Positions 24,587 through 39,194 of a DNA stretch of 64,000 nt are shown here, one piece after another; positions within the stretch are counted from its first letter, which is position 1, and each line of letters begins with the position of its first letter. The notes beneath the pieces are model-generated. The model was not told the DNA's origin. It was given only the letters and a program-made list of their open reading frames with translations, and did no database searches. The position numbers and the translations under genes are program-made. Source of the DNA: Eledone cirrhosa (lineage: Eukaryota); assembly GCA_964016885.1 (NCBI GenBank), contig OZ024747.1:62930001-62994000 (forward strand). The letters are read 5' to 3'.

Positions 24587-26891
24587 AAGCTAGTGTCAAT
24601 ATGAAGCCCCCCCCCCCCCCCCCACACACACACACTCACTCACTCACTCACTCATAGTTTTCTGTTTACTAAATTTCCTCTCATCACCATCATCACTGTT
24701 TAACATCCATTTTCCATGCATGCATGGGCTGGACGGGTTGTCCATGTCAAGAAATAGGTCTGGCCAGAATTGGCCATGCTGTACCTTGTTCTGGTAGGAC
24801 TGTAAATTTGGCCAGGGTTTTTACAGCTGGATGCCCTTCCTAACACTAACCACATTTGCTGTGTGGAACTAGATGACACCATTATGAGGATGAACAGGCT
24901 GGTTGGTCATGCCAAACCCTTCACCTTCTTGCAGTAGAACCATAGTTTGGGACCTACAACCACATTTACAATGTGGAACTGGATGGCACCACTATGAGGA
25001 GGGACACCTCAGAAGACATTGGCTATAGTAGAAGATACTTAACCAACATGTCCCACAGCGAGATGGAACTCCAACCTACATGGTTGTGAAACAAACTTCT
25101 TAACTATGCAGCCATGTTTGTGCCTACTTATCAAAATTTATCATATTTTTATCATATGAAGCCCAAATCAAGTTAGTATTGTTGATGACATTAAAGTTAA
25201 CCCATGTGGAAAAACAAATAACATTTACCAGCACCATCATCATCATCTACTTTGAATACAACAGAGATGTAGCCCTGTAGCTACAAGTTGATATGATAAA
25301 ATAGAGTTAAATCTAATCTTTACTGCTCTGTAATATAGTTTAATGTTTGTGGCAAAGTTGCTAGAGAAGAACACAATGTTTCATAGCAAGAAACAAAGGA
25401 AAATTATGTTGTATGATTGATGAGTGTAATATAAAGTTATCAGAGATATTAGCTATCAGTAGACTATACTGATACCTTGCATGATTAAAGCATTGATGAA
25501 TACAGATCTCTTATTAAACAGAATATATGATATTGCATATCATGGTGAGATGTGATGTTAATATTCTATATCTTTACAGACACATTTTAGCTTGTCATAC
25601 GAGAATGGAAAATTAATCACAACAGAACTATCCACATATAATTTATAAGTAAAATATATACTAAAATAATTCTTAACTCTTTTGTCACTATATTTCTAAT
25701 GAAATACACTGCTGATATCTTTTGGAAAATAATCAAGAATTTGGATGAATGATGCAAAATAACTAAATTGACATCTAGAACAGGATTGATAGAAAATTTC
25801 TGACAGAAAACTGTGATAGAAAGTTTTTATATAAATGCTTTAGTATGAGAAATTTTGTTTCATAGAACCAAGAGCAGTTTCAGACAGTTCGGTATTTTTA
25901 CTGACAATATATTTGCTTATATAATAATGAAACATTAGCCATTTTGATATGAACCTGTTCAAAACCAACTCTGGTTCCATGAAACAAACCAACGATTTTA
26001 AAGGGTTCTTATTTGAATCAAAATTTTCTAACATAATTTTGTATAAGTATTATATGTTAAGATACCATGAAAATCGCTAAATCCTTCAACATGCTTAATT
26101 TGTTCAATGAAATAAAGTGTATTTCATTAGAACTATGTTCACGAAAGGGTTAATCATACACATACCCACACACAATTTATAATTAATGTATTTATCTAGT
26201 TTAGAATAGGTACACGGTAATCCTGTGTGAACTGACTAAAACGTTTGGCACCAAGGACATCCATCCATAAAACATTGTAAAATTGCTTTAAAGCTCATGT
26301 ATTTAATATATTTTCTTTTTTATATATGTTTACCTTAATGAAATTAAGGCTTGAGGCTCTAAACTATATCAAATGAACACATTGCTACACTACATTTTAG
26401 TTTACTCCTAAGCAAAACTCAACTACTCCACTCCAATCACCAGTAGCATTAATAACATAACTTCAGTCTCTGAAGATTTGTTATATCAACCTCATATTAC
26501 ATTCTTTTTTCTTTCATATTCCGATGGAGTTATATGTGACACATAACACATCCTGGAGATGTTTTAAAATATGTCAGAACCTATCCTTATCCATGTTGGA
26601 ATATGTTTGTGTATGTGTGTGTGTCTGTGTGTATATCATGACTCATATACTGTTCACTTTCCTGGCTTTGATTGGCAGAATCTGTAGAGTATTGGATAAA
26701 ATTCTCTGCCATATTTAGTTGCAGTCTTTTACTTTCATCAATCCATGATTGATAAAATAAAGTACCAGTCAAGTACTAGGTGTTGATTTAATATTCCTGT
26801 AAAGTATCCTAGATGTGAATGGAATTATGACAGAAGAAAAAAAACTAAGTAGACTTGTATAATAATTCTACTGGACTTTGTTTCATTAATT

Positions 26892-27142
26892 CAGAGGTTC
26901 TCAAACTTTTTTGGCCACTGCCCACTCACAGCCATGTAATACCCTCAACGCCCCCGACCCTATTTCTAGAGAGACCTGCCTACACACAAATTGTAAATAA
27001 TATATAATAGATAAAATCGTTAGTATATATTATATTATTTATTATATATACTTACTATGTATAAATAAATATTATTTATTTTTTTTATTTTACTATCTCA
27101 ATGCCCTCCAGTGGGTGGCAGCAGCTACCTTGAGAACCTCTG
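26892..27142. mobile_element. hAT-type MITE
   Basis: TIR cagaggttctcaa/ttgagaacctctg; 8-bp TSD cattaatt/cattagtt (7 of 8 match). Confidence 0.85.
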
Positions 27143-28404
27143 CATTAGTTAAATGAAAGTTGTTGCCGTATCAAATAAAATTTCATACACAAGTCTTTTC
27201 TGAGATGGCAAATTTTGTGATTACATTATTCTGGTAGAACATAAATGATACATCAAACAGAATACCTTGAAGTTTAATATCTAATCCTAGCATTGAGGAA
27301 CTAAAAGTGAATTTCGTTTTCTAATACCATCTTGGCAACGGAGAGAGATTGTATACATCATCATCATCATCGTTTACTTTATTTTATTTTTGAAAATTGT
27401 ATAAAGCAAAAATGACAATTTACCACACCCCTTCAAGTGTTTTAAGGACATATTTTTCTTTCTAGAGCAAGAGTTAGCTTTACGAGCCATATTTGAGGTA
27501 ATATTTTACTCCTAGATGTCCTACCTCTTGCCAACACATAGTTGTCTTAAAATACACAGGGATAAAGTGTATCTATTCCAAAACAGATGCAAAGATGCAG
27601 TATATCTATTCTAAACCAGAATCACACAGCTATATAATTTATCTCAGTGTTTATAATTTATATGTCAACAGACTGGTTCATAAATCTTTATTAGTCTTTA
27701 TCAGAAAATTCTTGAAACATGATAGAATTACTCTGTGAAGTTATCCTCCAGTAGATATTCTCGTATAACTTCTCCCATTCTCCACATTTTTATTCAATCA
27801 TATAGCTGTAAAACCTGTCAGATCCCACTAGACGTTGCTCTTAATTATATTCAATGATACATCAAGAAATTTTAGAAGAAAAACGAAGTTGGTTATTCTG
27901 ATCAGGTATCAAATTCTCTGAATATTAATTTATAGACCAACTTTTAACTTCAACATTAAATTGAATTTATCTCCAGACAGCAGAGATGCAGAACTTTTCA
28001 AAATTCAATACTGGTCACACATCATTTACTAATGCAATAGTACCAAGTACACTCCACTTAATTCCACCATATTAAATCTATGTACTATATAGTATGCTAT
28101 ATTTTGAATGTTGTGCACATTACTGAATATCACAACAGAAAAATAATATGATATACACCCATACATAAATATATGTATACATTTAATTATGTATATATAT
28201 ATAATATTATATATATATATACATACATAAATATATGTATACATTTAATCATGTATATATATATGTATATATATATATATAATATAATATATATATCCAT
28301 ACTTAAATATATGTATACATTTATGTATATATATAATATAATATATGTATATCCATACATAAATATATGTATACATTTAATCATGTGTATATATAATATA
28401 TATA

Positions 28405-28623
28405 CAGGGTGTCCCCCAAAATTATATACACAACAAAATCTTTAAAAATGCACTAAAATAAATTGATTTATATGCATTTTTTAAATTGTAAATATTTTTG
28501 GGTGTTTACATACAATTGAATTATGTCTGTAGATGGTTTTATTTTTGGAAAAGGCTGTGCATTCTAATAAAGATTGCCTATACAGGGAATCAAAGTGTGT
28601 ATACATTTTTGGGGGAGACCTTG
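28405..28623. mobile_element. Tc1/mariner-type MITE inserted in an AT-rich minisatellite (~28150-28740); shorter copy at 54008-54098
   Basis: TIR cagggtgtcccccaaaa / ttttgggggagaccttg, flanked by TA. Confidence 0.75.
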
Positions 28624-28739
28624 TATATATATGTATCCATACAAATATATATGTATACATTTAATCATGTATGTATATAATATAATATATATATATCCAC
28701 ACATGAATATATTTATATATTTATTCATGTATATAATCC

Positions 28740-28772
<33 letters not shown>

Positions 28773-28860
28773 ATTCGGAAAATAAGAAAAGAAGTAGAAA
28801 AATGGTAATAGAATTTTCTCATAGAAAAACAGAAAAAGATTTTTTTTAAAACAATTTTTG

Positions 28861-28900
28861 GTACCGGTTTCAGTCGATACAAATTTTGACTTCTTCATGC
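28861..28900 (-). ncRNA. Degenerate hammerhead motif
   Basis: Minus strand: ATGAAGA-agtc aaaatttgtatc gact-GAAA-c-cg-GTA; stem I not intact. Confidence 0.4.
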
Positions 28901-29186
28901 TACAGGAAATATGATAAAAAGTATATAATAAAGTTAAGGTGTATTTTAATTAGAAGAGGATATTAGAGAACATACTTTACATATATATATATTAAAAAAA
29001 TTCACCTTTTATATATATATATATAAATGAATATAAAAGAAAAACGAATACAGATATATACATATGTGTTCAAATCGTAAGGGACCAGATTCGCTAAGGT
29101 GAAAAGAATACTAACTATAGACAATAGGACTCAATTTAAGAATATAGTAAGAGACTATTTTGAGTTTCTAACTTAATATATACCTT

Positions 29187-29219
<33 letters not shown>

Positions 29220-29220
<1 letters not shown>

Positions 29221-29690
29221 GTAATTGTTTCTACTATTGGCACAAGGCCAGAAAATACCCAGTACATTACTGGTACTTTTAATAATAATGGTTTCTGATT
29301 TAGGCACAAGGCCAACACTTTTTGGGGAGGGGAAAATCGATTAAATCGAAACCCAGTGCATTACTGGTGCTTTATCAACCCTGTAAGGCTGAAAGACAAA
29401 GCTGAACTCCGAACGTAAAGGGCCGTAACTCTATGCTGCGAGGCATGTTGTCCAATGCTCTATCGATACTGCCAATCCACCGCCTTAATAATAATAATAA
29501 TTGTTTCTACTTTTTGGCACGAGGCCAGCAATCACCCAGTGCATTACTGGTACTTTATTTTATCGACCCTGTAAGGATGAAAGGCAAAGTTAACCTCGGC
29601 GGGATTTGAACTCAGACCATAAAGGGCCGTAACTCTTTGCTGCAAAGCATGGCATCCGACCCTCTACCGATACTGCCAATCCACCAATAA
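29220..29690 (-). mobile_element. Tandem cluster of SINE family A
   Basis: Three units joined through (aat)n tails. Confidence 0.85.
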
Positions 29691-29888
29691 TAACAATGAG
29701 CAGGAATGAAGTTCAATATATCAGCATTATGTTTATTCACATGTGATGTATGTTTCATGATCGATTAGCTCAAAGTATGATCAGTATTGATTGGGCCTGA
29801 TTCTAGAATCAATAGCTCAGCAGATTTGTGGATTCCTTAAATAATGGTGCTATATTGATACTTCGTTTCTGCCTCTTATCTATATAAT

Positions 29889-30076
29889 TGTTTCTACTTT
29901 TGGCACAAGGCCAGCAATTAACCAGTGTATTACTGATACTTTATTTTATCGACCCCGTAAGGATGAAAGGCAAAGTTGACCTCGGCGGGATTTGAACTCT
30001 GAATGGCAAGGGCCGTAACTCTATGCGTCAATGCATGACGTCCGACCCTCTACTGATATTGCCATTCCACCGCCCT
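29889..30076 (-). mobile_element. Full-length SINE family A with 15-bp TSD
   Basis: TSD tcttatctatataat at 29874-29888 and 30077-30091. Confidence 0.9.
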
Positions 30077-30401
30077 TCTTATCTATATAATATTTGCAAA
30101 TGTCTCTATTTGTATGTTTGTTCCACAATCTATAAAGTACGCTAAGGGAAGTAACTCAGTGAGTTGGCGGCGGCAGTGGTGACCTACTGCTTCTATGGCT
30201 ACAAACATTATATTTTCAAACCCAAGAAAGTGTTTGAATATAAGTTTGAAAGCAAGGCAATGGAAAGATGTTCCAGCGAGATCTATTCTCTCTCTTCTCG
30301 CTCTCTATCATGAATAATCATGCTTTATAATTCCAAAACAAATGTATGTGAATTTTCATGAAAGTTTGTCATAAAAAAAAAAAAAAAAATACATGAATGT
30401 C

Positions 30402-30862
30402 CATGACATTACAGAGTTGGCTGCATTTGTGAAGAATGAACATGTGTCTAAATTTCTTCCAGAACAACACTGTACGTATGATGAAATCATTTCTTGATTC
30501 AGAGAAAAAAGGAGAGGAATTTTCTTTCTTGGTGCTTGAGGTGGCACAGGTAAAACCTCTGTAACTACATTGCATCTATCTGAGGTAAGGCAACAAATAA
30601 GGTATTTTACTTGCTGTAGCATCATCTGGCATTACTGCCACACTTCTCCCAAGAGGATGAACATCTCATTCTGCTTTTAAATTATCGCTAAACCTGGTCA
30701 CAAAAGACAGTCCAGTTTGTAACATAAGCAAAGGCAACTGAAGCATTGTACCAATGCCACCTGGTCATTTGGAATGAATGCACCATGTCACATAGAGGTG
30801 CAATGGAAGCTCTTGATAATACATTACAGGACAAAGGCAACAATACATCTGTGGGAGGGCTA
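30402..30862 (+). pseudogene. Helitron PIF1-family helicase fragment (stops and frameshifts)
   Basis: GIFFLGA*GGTGKT (Walker A) ...ILLAVASSGITATLLPRG*TSHSAFKLSLNL...CNISKG...CHLVIWNECTMSHRGAMEALDNTLQD...GG follows the Helitron helicase motifs. A possible TC-starting 5' end (tctatataatatttgc...) lies at ~30082. Confidence 0.9.
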
Positions 30863-32407
30863 AAGGCAAAGATAACCCCTTAATAAAATTGGAACTTAGA
30901 ATGCAACAAGTCAGAATAAATACCACAAATTATTCTTTCTAATGCTGTAATAACTCTGCTGATTCACTATCATCATCATCATCATTCCTGAGAGGGTCGT
31001 GGAGGCAGAGTCCCTAAGTGAAACTAGCCAAGCTCATGGATGTTATCCAACCATCTACTCTTAGGTTTCCTGCCAGTTGGTTTTGCACTACTTTTATCAT
31101 AAATACAGTGAGAAAATGTAAATATCTCTACAGCCATTTATAGCAATTAGAATATGTTGGTATAATCAAACAAAGAATATAGAATATGTCTAAAATAATT
31201 AAAATATTCTCTGTAAATTGTAGAAGGAATGTATGGCAGAAATCATATAAGTTTCAATCATGTAATATTTCTAAAACAATGAATACATTTTCTGATATTT
31301 TAGAAAAATTAAATCAGAAAATATTGATTTTATTTCAGGTTTTCTAGTTGTTCAATTTGAAAGTGTGTGTTTTAATAATTTAACAATTACTAACTTTTCA
31401 ATTAAAATCACTTACATTCCTCATGATTCTTATCCAAACGCTGTCAGTGTTCATGTTATTTAATTATAAAAGATTCATCATATTCACCATCATATATCTG
31501 TTGACTATGCTGGCATGGGTTAGATGGGTTGTAACAGTCGGTGACTAGACTCATTGGAAAAATCAGGTCTTGCTCATACATTCCAAATTTGGGTTGGTTT
31601 CTATTGCTGAGTGACTTTTCCAATGGTAACGTCTTTACAGAGTGTACTGGGTGCATTTTATTGTAGCACAAACCACAATTTATGGGGTGTGCTGGTTACA
31701 TTTCGTCATGGCACCAGCACTATAATTACAAAAATATAATATATTATATTTTTGTAATTATATAGGTGGTGAATTGGATAGAATGCCTTGCAGTATTCAT
31801 TCAAACTTTCTGTATTCTGAATTTAAATCCTGCCAAGGCCAGCTTTGCCTTTCATCTTTTTGAGGTTGATAAAACAGTAAGAGTCCAGGACTGGGTTTGA
31901 TTCTTACTCCTATGGAAGAAATCTTCTGTGTTCATATCTGGAGAGTGATAGGCTCTACCAAGTTTTAAATGTCCAAGACATGTATGTCCTTATGGCACCC
32001 CTACGACACCATCAGGTGACATACATGCATACATATATACATACATAATGTATAATGATGAAAGAAACTGGCATTTCTCTGAATATATTATCAGAATAAG
32101 AAAACTGTCTTTATCTAAGTGTCCAATCAGTCTGCTAAAAATAGCATACAAATTTCCCCCTACCATAACAAATAGAACACACTGGATGATGTAGTTAATG
32201 CTTGAAAATAAAAGTCAATATGGTCATGTCTGAGGTATGTTCAAAAGGGATTAACCTGAGAGATAATAACAATAATAACAGATTTCAGCCCTGATTCTAT
32301 GGTTCTATGTACCATAATTACTTGTAGAAATCAATTTTATTAAGTAGCAACAAAACTCATTTTATCAGTTTCCTTATCATTGAAATTGTAAACATTATCT
32401 TAATCAA

Positions 32408-32595
32408 GGGCGGTGAATTGGCAGTATCGGTAGAGGATTGGACACCATGCTTTGATGCATAGAGTTACGGCCCTTGCCATTCTGAGTTCAAATCCCGCCG
32501 AGGTTAACTTTGCCTTTCATCCTTACGGGGTCGATAAAATAAAGTATCAGTAATGTACTAGGATAATTGCTGGACTTGGGCCAAAAGTAGAAACA
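32408..32595 (+). mobile_element. Full-length SINE family A with 14-bp TSD
   Basis: TSD attatcttaatcaa at 32394-32407 and 32596-32609. Further single copies at ~33780-33963, 46350-46541, 61370-61480. Confidence 0.9.
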
Positions 32596-35500
32596 ATTAT
32601 CTTAATCAACCTTGTCAGGTGTAATTAAGTATTTTACACTGAAATTTTTAACTTCATGCTCAGATCCCAGAACCACCTTTATGGCCCTCCTCAGAACTAT
32701 TGTTATATTGTATTTTCTTCTATTTGAAACTAGGTGTGGCAAGGTATTTAGTCAAGTTGTTAACATATTTGTCAACACCTTGTCATTCAAGTGACACCAT
32801 TATATAAATGTTAAAGCTAAAAACAAGACTTTATATAAAAGACTATACACAACAATTTATTTATTGTCTTAGATACACATATTAATTAGCAATTCAATTG
32901 TACCATATTTATTTTTCTTGTAATTGTTTCAAAATAATCATTTTTTGCTTTGGTAAATTTTCCCCTTGAATGTAAATTATATTATGAAGAAACAATGAAA
33001 TTATTATTTTTTTTTTTTATTAAATTTTTTTAATTATCAAAATATTCAACAATCAATATTAATTCCAGTCTAAAGATAGATTAATACAGCCATCAACTAC
33101 CTCAGATAAAATGAAGAGAAAATCATCAATTAAACTAATATTTTAGAAAATATTACAGCTTAATTCATTAAATTTGATATTTAAGTTATTTTTTTGCCAT
33201 AGTAGTTTTGTTTTTATAGTTCTACAATTAGTTGTCTAATTTCAATTATTATTTATCTGATTATTTTATAATTTTTTTTTTTAAATTTAATTTTAGATCG
33301 TTAATATTTTTAAAATTTAATTTTAATTGCTTAATGCAATTAAAATTAAGTTAAAGTTGGCAGTCTGTGAGAATTTCCTCAGGAATTTTGTAGCCTACTT
33401 TCTGAAAAAGTTTGTCTGCCATTGCTTGATCTATTGATAGCTTTATAATTCAGTCATCATCATTAACTCTTTTGATATCAAATTACCTGAATGTGTCCTT
33501 GGATATATGTTAAAAAAGTGTGTGATTTGAAGTCTTTATATTTAGCAAAAACATACAATCATAATTTTATGTATGAAACTTTAAGATATGTGCCAAACAC
33601 AAGCTTAATGATGGGAAATTTAGTTATATTACTAAATATAAATAATTATTTATTTCAAAAATTATAGACTTTAATTAGAAATATGGCAATGAGAGAGTTA
33701 AATTTCATTTACTCTCATTAAGTCAGTAAACACTTGTTTCCTCAATGTATTGGTGTTACAACACATTTTAATACTATGAAAAATTGTTTCTACTTTTGGC
33801 ACAAGGCCAGCAATTATACCAGTGCATTATTTTAGCGATCCCGTAAGGATGAAAGGCAAAGTTAACCTTGGCTGGATTTGAAATAAGACTGTAAAGGGCC
33901 GTAACTCTGTGGTGAAAAGCATAGCATTCGACCCTCTACCGATACTGCCAATCCACTGCCCCTAATACTATAAAATAATACTGTACAAAAGTAAACATAA
34001 AAATTATTTCTAAAATTCATCTTGAAAAATATTTCTAGTTTAACCCTTTAGCATATACTATTATATTTTCACGGTAAAGGCTTTTCCTCACATAATTATC
34101 TCACATAATATCGAATATATGAGATTTTGATATTATTTGATTTTAAGAACAATACCTTAACATCAGTTTGAAGAAGTTTGAATAGAAAGGGGTGAGAAAA
34201 ATCTGGCCGGATACAGCCGGTTTAAATGCTAAAGCATTAAGGTTTTTTTCCATGTACTTCATTATAGTATTTGTTTTCCAAGATTCTTGATGTGAAATTA
34301 TGTGATGAAACAAATGTTATTGTACTTTGGAAAGGTCATGTTGCCAGTTAAACCTAGGCACCAGATGATTTTATTATTAGTTAGGTAACTAACTGAAATG
34401 AAACTTGTGTGGGGCATGTGTTTTTATTGGCCAATGACCTGCCAAAATATATGGCTTCCTCCTATGGCTTTGTCATAGGGGGAAGGGCAGTATACTTGAC
34501 CTTTGTATGACATCTGAGACTGTTTGAGGCTGGGGGAAAAGACAAAAATACACATGACTGAAGAGTCAGTTACTGTAATAAGAAGCACTGTATCTAATTA
34601 TTCTCAAACCTAAGATCTGGTTTGACTGTTACCATTGAGTGGACTCTGCTAAAGCCACCTAATGGTCAGGTGTTGGAGTTAAACTGCTGAGCAGTTAGTC
34701 AATTTGGTGAATTTTTGTACAACTTCCAATTTTATTCATAAGTTTGGTGTGACCCAAAGCTTTGGTGTAATGCCCCAAATGCCATATTCTGGGATTGAAC
34801 ACAGAACCACATTATAATAAAATGAACTTCTTAATCACAAAAATCTATGAGTAATCAGATGACCTATGAAGTCTATGAGCACTACTCCTACCTCCAGTCT
34901 TACAAAATAAAGAGGAAAAAAAACTATAGTTTTGAGCATATGAAAATATTCATATATTCAAGCTAACCACACCAAAAATATTTTTTTTTTAAGACAAAAA
35001 TAACAATAAAAATGCACTTACTGAATAAAAAGTAATTATTTCATCGTTTTTCATTAAGAAATTGTAAGTCTCAGATAGATTAGAAGTGAAATAATATTTC
35101 AATAATTAGCATATGTTATCATCTGATGAAATCTTAGTTAATTTCTATTTTTATTTTTAGGTTATTGAAGAATTTCCCATAATCATTCCCTTTTGCCAAT
35201 TTTATTTAAAACTTTGTTATTATTACATATGAAGTAATTAATTCATTAATTAATACTCAATATAGACTTACTGAGAGGACATTTTAGTGTATGTTTAAAC
35301 TATATTTGGCAGAGTTGTTAGCACCAGAAGTCACAAACACACTTAACCCTTTAGCATTTAAACCGGCCTTATCCATCATAATTTTTTCACCTATTTCTGT
35401 TCAAACCAGCCATAACCTGCTTCTCATACTTATGTTAAGGTATTGTTTTCAAAATAAATATCAAATTCTTGTAGATTCAATATTATGTGAGATAATTATG

Positions 35501-36514
35501 TGAAAATGCAATAGTAAATATAGAGTAATGTAACAGTGAGAAGGAAAAAGTACTTTACAGGGTCTTACAAATCATCATTGTGAGTTTATTTTCAAATCTC
35601 TAAATGGTTGACTTAATTTTTCTTAGTCAATTATTTATGTGTGTCTATACATACTGTATTTATTTGAATATACGATAGATAGATACATAAAGCTCATTCA
35701 TCACCTGCATTAATACCATTAACTGAGCCTTAGATCTCTTTTGCAGAGTACAAACTATTGCATGTATTCAACTCATGTCTTTGGTCTGATAACTTCCTCC
35801 CCTCTTCTAGCCTGCCATAGATGCCATGAAAAGCCCATGGTTGTGATCCTTCTGTCTGTGAATATGTCATAATATGACTTTTCAAATATTTTGTTTGATT
35901 GTGAAATAAAATCTAAGTAACAGAGGATATATAAAATTTTCAATTGTTTTTATGTGTGTATATAACACTGTTTCAAGAAGTTTGTCAGACAATGTATATC
36001 TATCCTTGCCAGTTTTCTTGCAGGCTAACTAGTATAGTAATAAGGCTGAAAGTTAGTCAGCTACTCCCTCTGTTACTTAGATTTTATTTCACAAGCTAAA
36101 AAAAAAAATATATATATTTCGAAGTCCACTTTCACAGGTGAAATTTCCTCTCACCTATCATGCCTGTCAAATTGTGGTTGCCAAAACTGTATTTGCCTCT
36201 AAGAATTGAAAATATTTGCTACGACCATACTGTTGGTATCAACATTTCTTTCTAGATGATAGTTTGAGAATAAATGTTTTTAAATTAGTGATTAGTGATT
36301 AGATATTTGGTGGTTTGAATCACTTGGCACTTATCTTCTTATGCACTAATGCCAAGGTTTTCTTGCTCAAAACGTCAGCCTACAGAAACTTCCTCTCTGT
36401 TCATATCAACGTATAAATAGAGCATGAATCACATTAATTTTTCCAGTCATGGAGGGGAAGGGCCTGTGAAAGCCAAAAGCACTGTACCTTCCTATAGACC
36501 TATCAAATAAACAC

Positions 36515-36590
<76 letters not shown>

Positions 36591-36594
36591 TACA

Positions 36595-36783
36595 TGGGTC
36601 CTGGGTTCAGTCGGGTGCAACCACAGTTAGTAAGATACTCAGTACATTATTAGAATGTAAACATCAAGTTTAATATAGAAATGGCTTCTTCAGGACTGTT
36701 TCATTCAAAAGAAATCATCTGATGATTTCTTTTGACTGAAACAGTTCTATTCTTGTAGAAGCCATTTCTATATTAAACTTGAT
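36595..36783 (+). mobile_element. Hammerhead-bearing fold-back element (family C) in (TA)n
   Basis: Shares terminus gggtcc(t/c)gggtt..gtcggg..aaccacag with 42206 and 53521-53565(-). Inverted repeat 36663-36783 turns at CTGATGA; CTGATGA...GAAA-cag...ttgt-A-gaagcc. Confidence 0.7.
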
Positions 36784-37565
36784 ATATACACATATATCAA
36801 GTCTGCAGCGCTGTGACTGGGGAGACCTCAAATCATAGGAAGAAGCAGTGTGGATATAGAGGAAGGTAAAAACCCAACCATGATGCCTAGTCATTTTGGT
36901 TTGCTTTTGGCAAGTCTTTCTAGGCTTGCCAAATACAAGCTGAAACTGCTAGGCATCGTGGTCAAGTTTTTACTCACACCTCTCTCTCTCTTCTCTCTCT
37001 CTCTCTCTGTGAATAAATTAATACAATATTGAACAGCTATGTAAAATATTGGTTGATTCACTCCTGTTATTGGTAATGTTTCTGTATGGTGTCTGTAAAG
37101 ACATTTAGCTCTCCCATTTTCCAATAAAGCCAGCTGCAATTACGTATTGTACTATAAGAGCAATTGGATGCTGTAAGCAATAGCAATGTAATATTGTCAA
37201 GTATTTTATTGGTTGGTACAGCTGCACTTAATTGCACTTAGAGAAGTCATCTGTAATAGTTACTTTGATGTTATATAATGGAGATTTTTCATTCATTTGG
37301 GTATAAGCATGACTGTCTGGTTAAGAGGTTCACTTTACAACAATGTGGTTTCAGATTCTATTACACCATGAGGCAACTTGGGTAAGGGTTTTTTTCTATA
37401 GCATCAGGACCAACAAAGGCTTGTGAGTAAATTTGGTACATGAAACTGTATGAAAGTCAATCACATACATACATATATATAGAGAGAGATCTACAAAACC
37501 AAATTGTAAAATCATAATATTATAAAATTAAATTAAATTATTTAGAACGACAAGTGAAGTCATTC

Positions 37566-37617
<52 letters not shown>

Positions 37618-37620
<3 letters not shown>

Positions 37621-37875
37621 GTTTGTATTTGTAAAGCCAAAACAATGCAGGTATGGACATAGAATATAAATGCAAATGCAAAAGATGTTGTTGACAATTA
37701 GTCTTTTACCTTAAATTTATTTAAATGTCCTTAATTTTCGAGATAATATCTCTTCTTCGGAGGGCAGTAAAGCAGTTAAACCAGTGTAAGCTATTTAGAA
37801 CACTGGTTTAACTGCTTTACTTCCCATATTCTATGTCCATACCTGCATTGTTTTGGCTTTACAAATACAAACGTT
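37618..37875. repeat. Nested inverted repeats with a degenerate hammerhead on the minus strand
   Basis: Outer 50-bp perfect arms 37618-37667/37826-37875; inner 22-bp arms 37766-37787/37800-37821; minus strand CCGAAGA-a-gagat att atctc-GAAA at ~37727-37764. Confidence 0.8.
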
Positions 37876-38162
37876 TATACCTCATTACACAATGCTTCAA
37901 GTGAACTATAACTTCCTCCATATATATATAATATATACAATAAATAGAGGATGTAGATTTAAAACTCTCTCTTGTTCATTATCATCATCATCATTTTAAG
38001 TCCCCTTTTCCCTGTTTGCAAGGGTGGGACGGGTCCTCTTCAGCACAGAATCTCTTCATTTGTCACGGTCCTTTATCACCATCTCTGTGAGCTTCAACGA
38101 TCTGAGATCTCCTCTCACCACCTCCGCCCATTTTTTTTGTGGTCTTCCTCTACTGCGTCTTC

Positions 38163-38229
<67 letters not shown>

Positions 38230-38314
38230 AAAGTTATATTTAAAATTGTTGGGTTACAACTAGTAAATATTTATAACTGATATAAAAGCACTCGACAAAT
38301 ATTTGGAGTATATT

Positions 38315-38674
38315 TACAATATTAAATAAATGGAAACTATATTTATAAAACCATATTTATTTCATTATATATATTTCAGGGATATTCTATTAACAATATG
38401 CTATGCCTTACTCAGACAAAATACAATATAAACAGTTTTATAGATAAATAGATTCGACATACCGTAACAACATCGACTTGCATTTGAAGAGGTTGATATC
38501 AACCTCTTCAAATGCAAGTCGATGTTGTTACGGTATGTCGAATCTATTTATCTATAAAACTGTTTATATTGTATTTTGTCTGAGGAAGGCATAGCATATT
38601 GTTAATAGAATATCCCTGAAATATATATAATGAAATAAATATGGTTTTATAAATATAGTTTCCATTTATTTAAT

Positions 38675-38680
<6 letters not shown>
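38315..38680. repeat. 366-bp palindrome (one mismatch) with a hammerhead core on each arm
   Basis: Centre ggttgatatcaacc (38497/38498). Plus arm 38576-38630: ttgt-CTGAGGA-agg...cct-GAAA-tata-TA. The only mismatch changes the mirror core to CTGAGTA. Confidence 0.95.
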
Positions 38681-38761
<81 letters not shown>

Positions 38762-39194
38762 CTGTGTGCGTATGTGCATGCATGTGTGTTTATATCTTTG
38801 CGCTGCATTTATGATAATCTGTACAATTTTTGGTGTTTCATTGTGCCACGCTTACGGCAAATTCTACAAGCATACAGGTTTCCTCAAACTTTTTCATGTC
38901 ACCAGCATGACAATCTTACAGAGTGGTTTAGGAGCTTTGTTGTTGTAGCACCAGATCACTAGATGAGATGGAATTTGTATTTTTGTTTTTGTGTAGTTTG
39001 GCAGGAGAGCTACATGAAGGTGGGGGGGGGGGGTTGAATGAGGAATGAGGGTTGTTGGGAGAACAAGTATATAGGTTCAATATGAGTAAGGTGTGTGGGT
39101 TATTTAGCTGGCAAGGTGGGTATTAAGATTAGAAAGGTGTAAAGAGCAGAAGATTGGTGCAGATTAGTGTCTTCTACATGTTTGTTTGATCTTG

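Noticed and set aside
34338-34722. Possible solo LTR (tgttg... start, higher GC)
   Set aside because: No matching ...CA end or TSD could be identified
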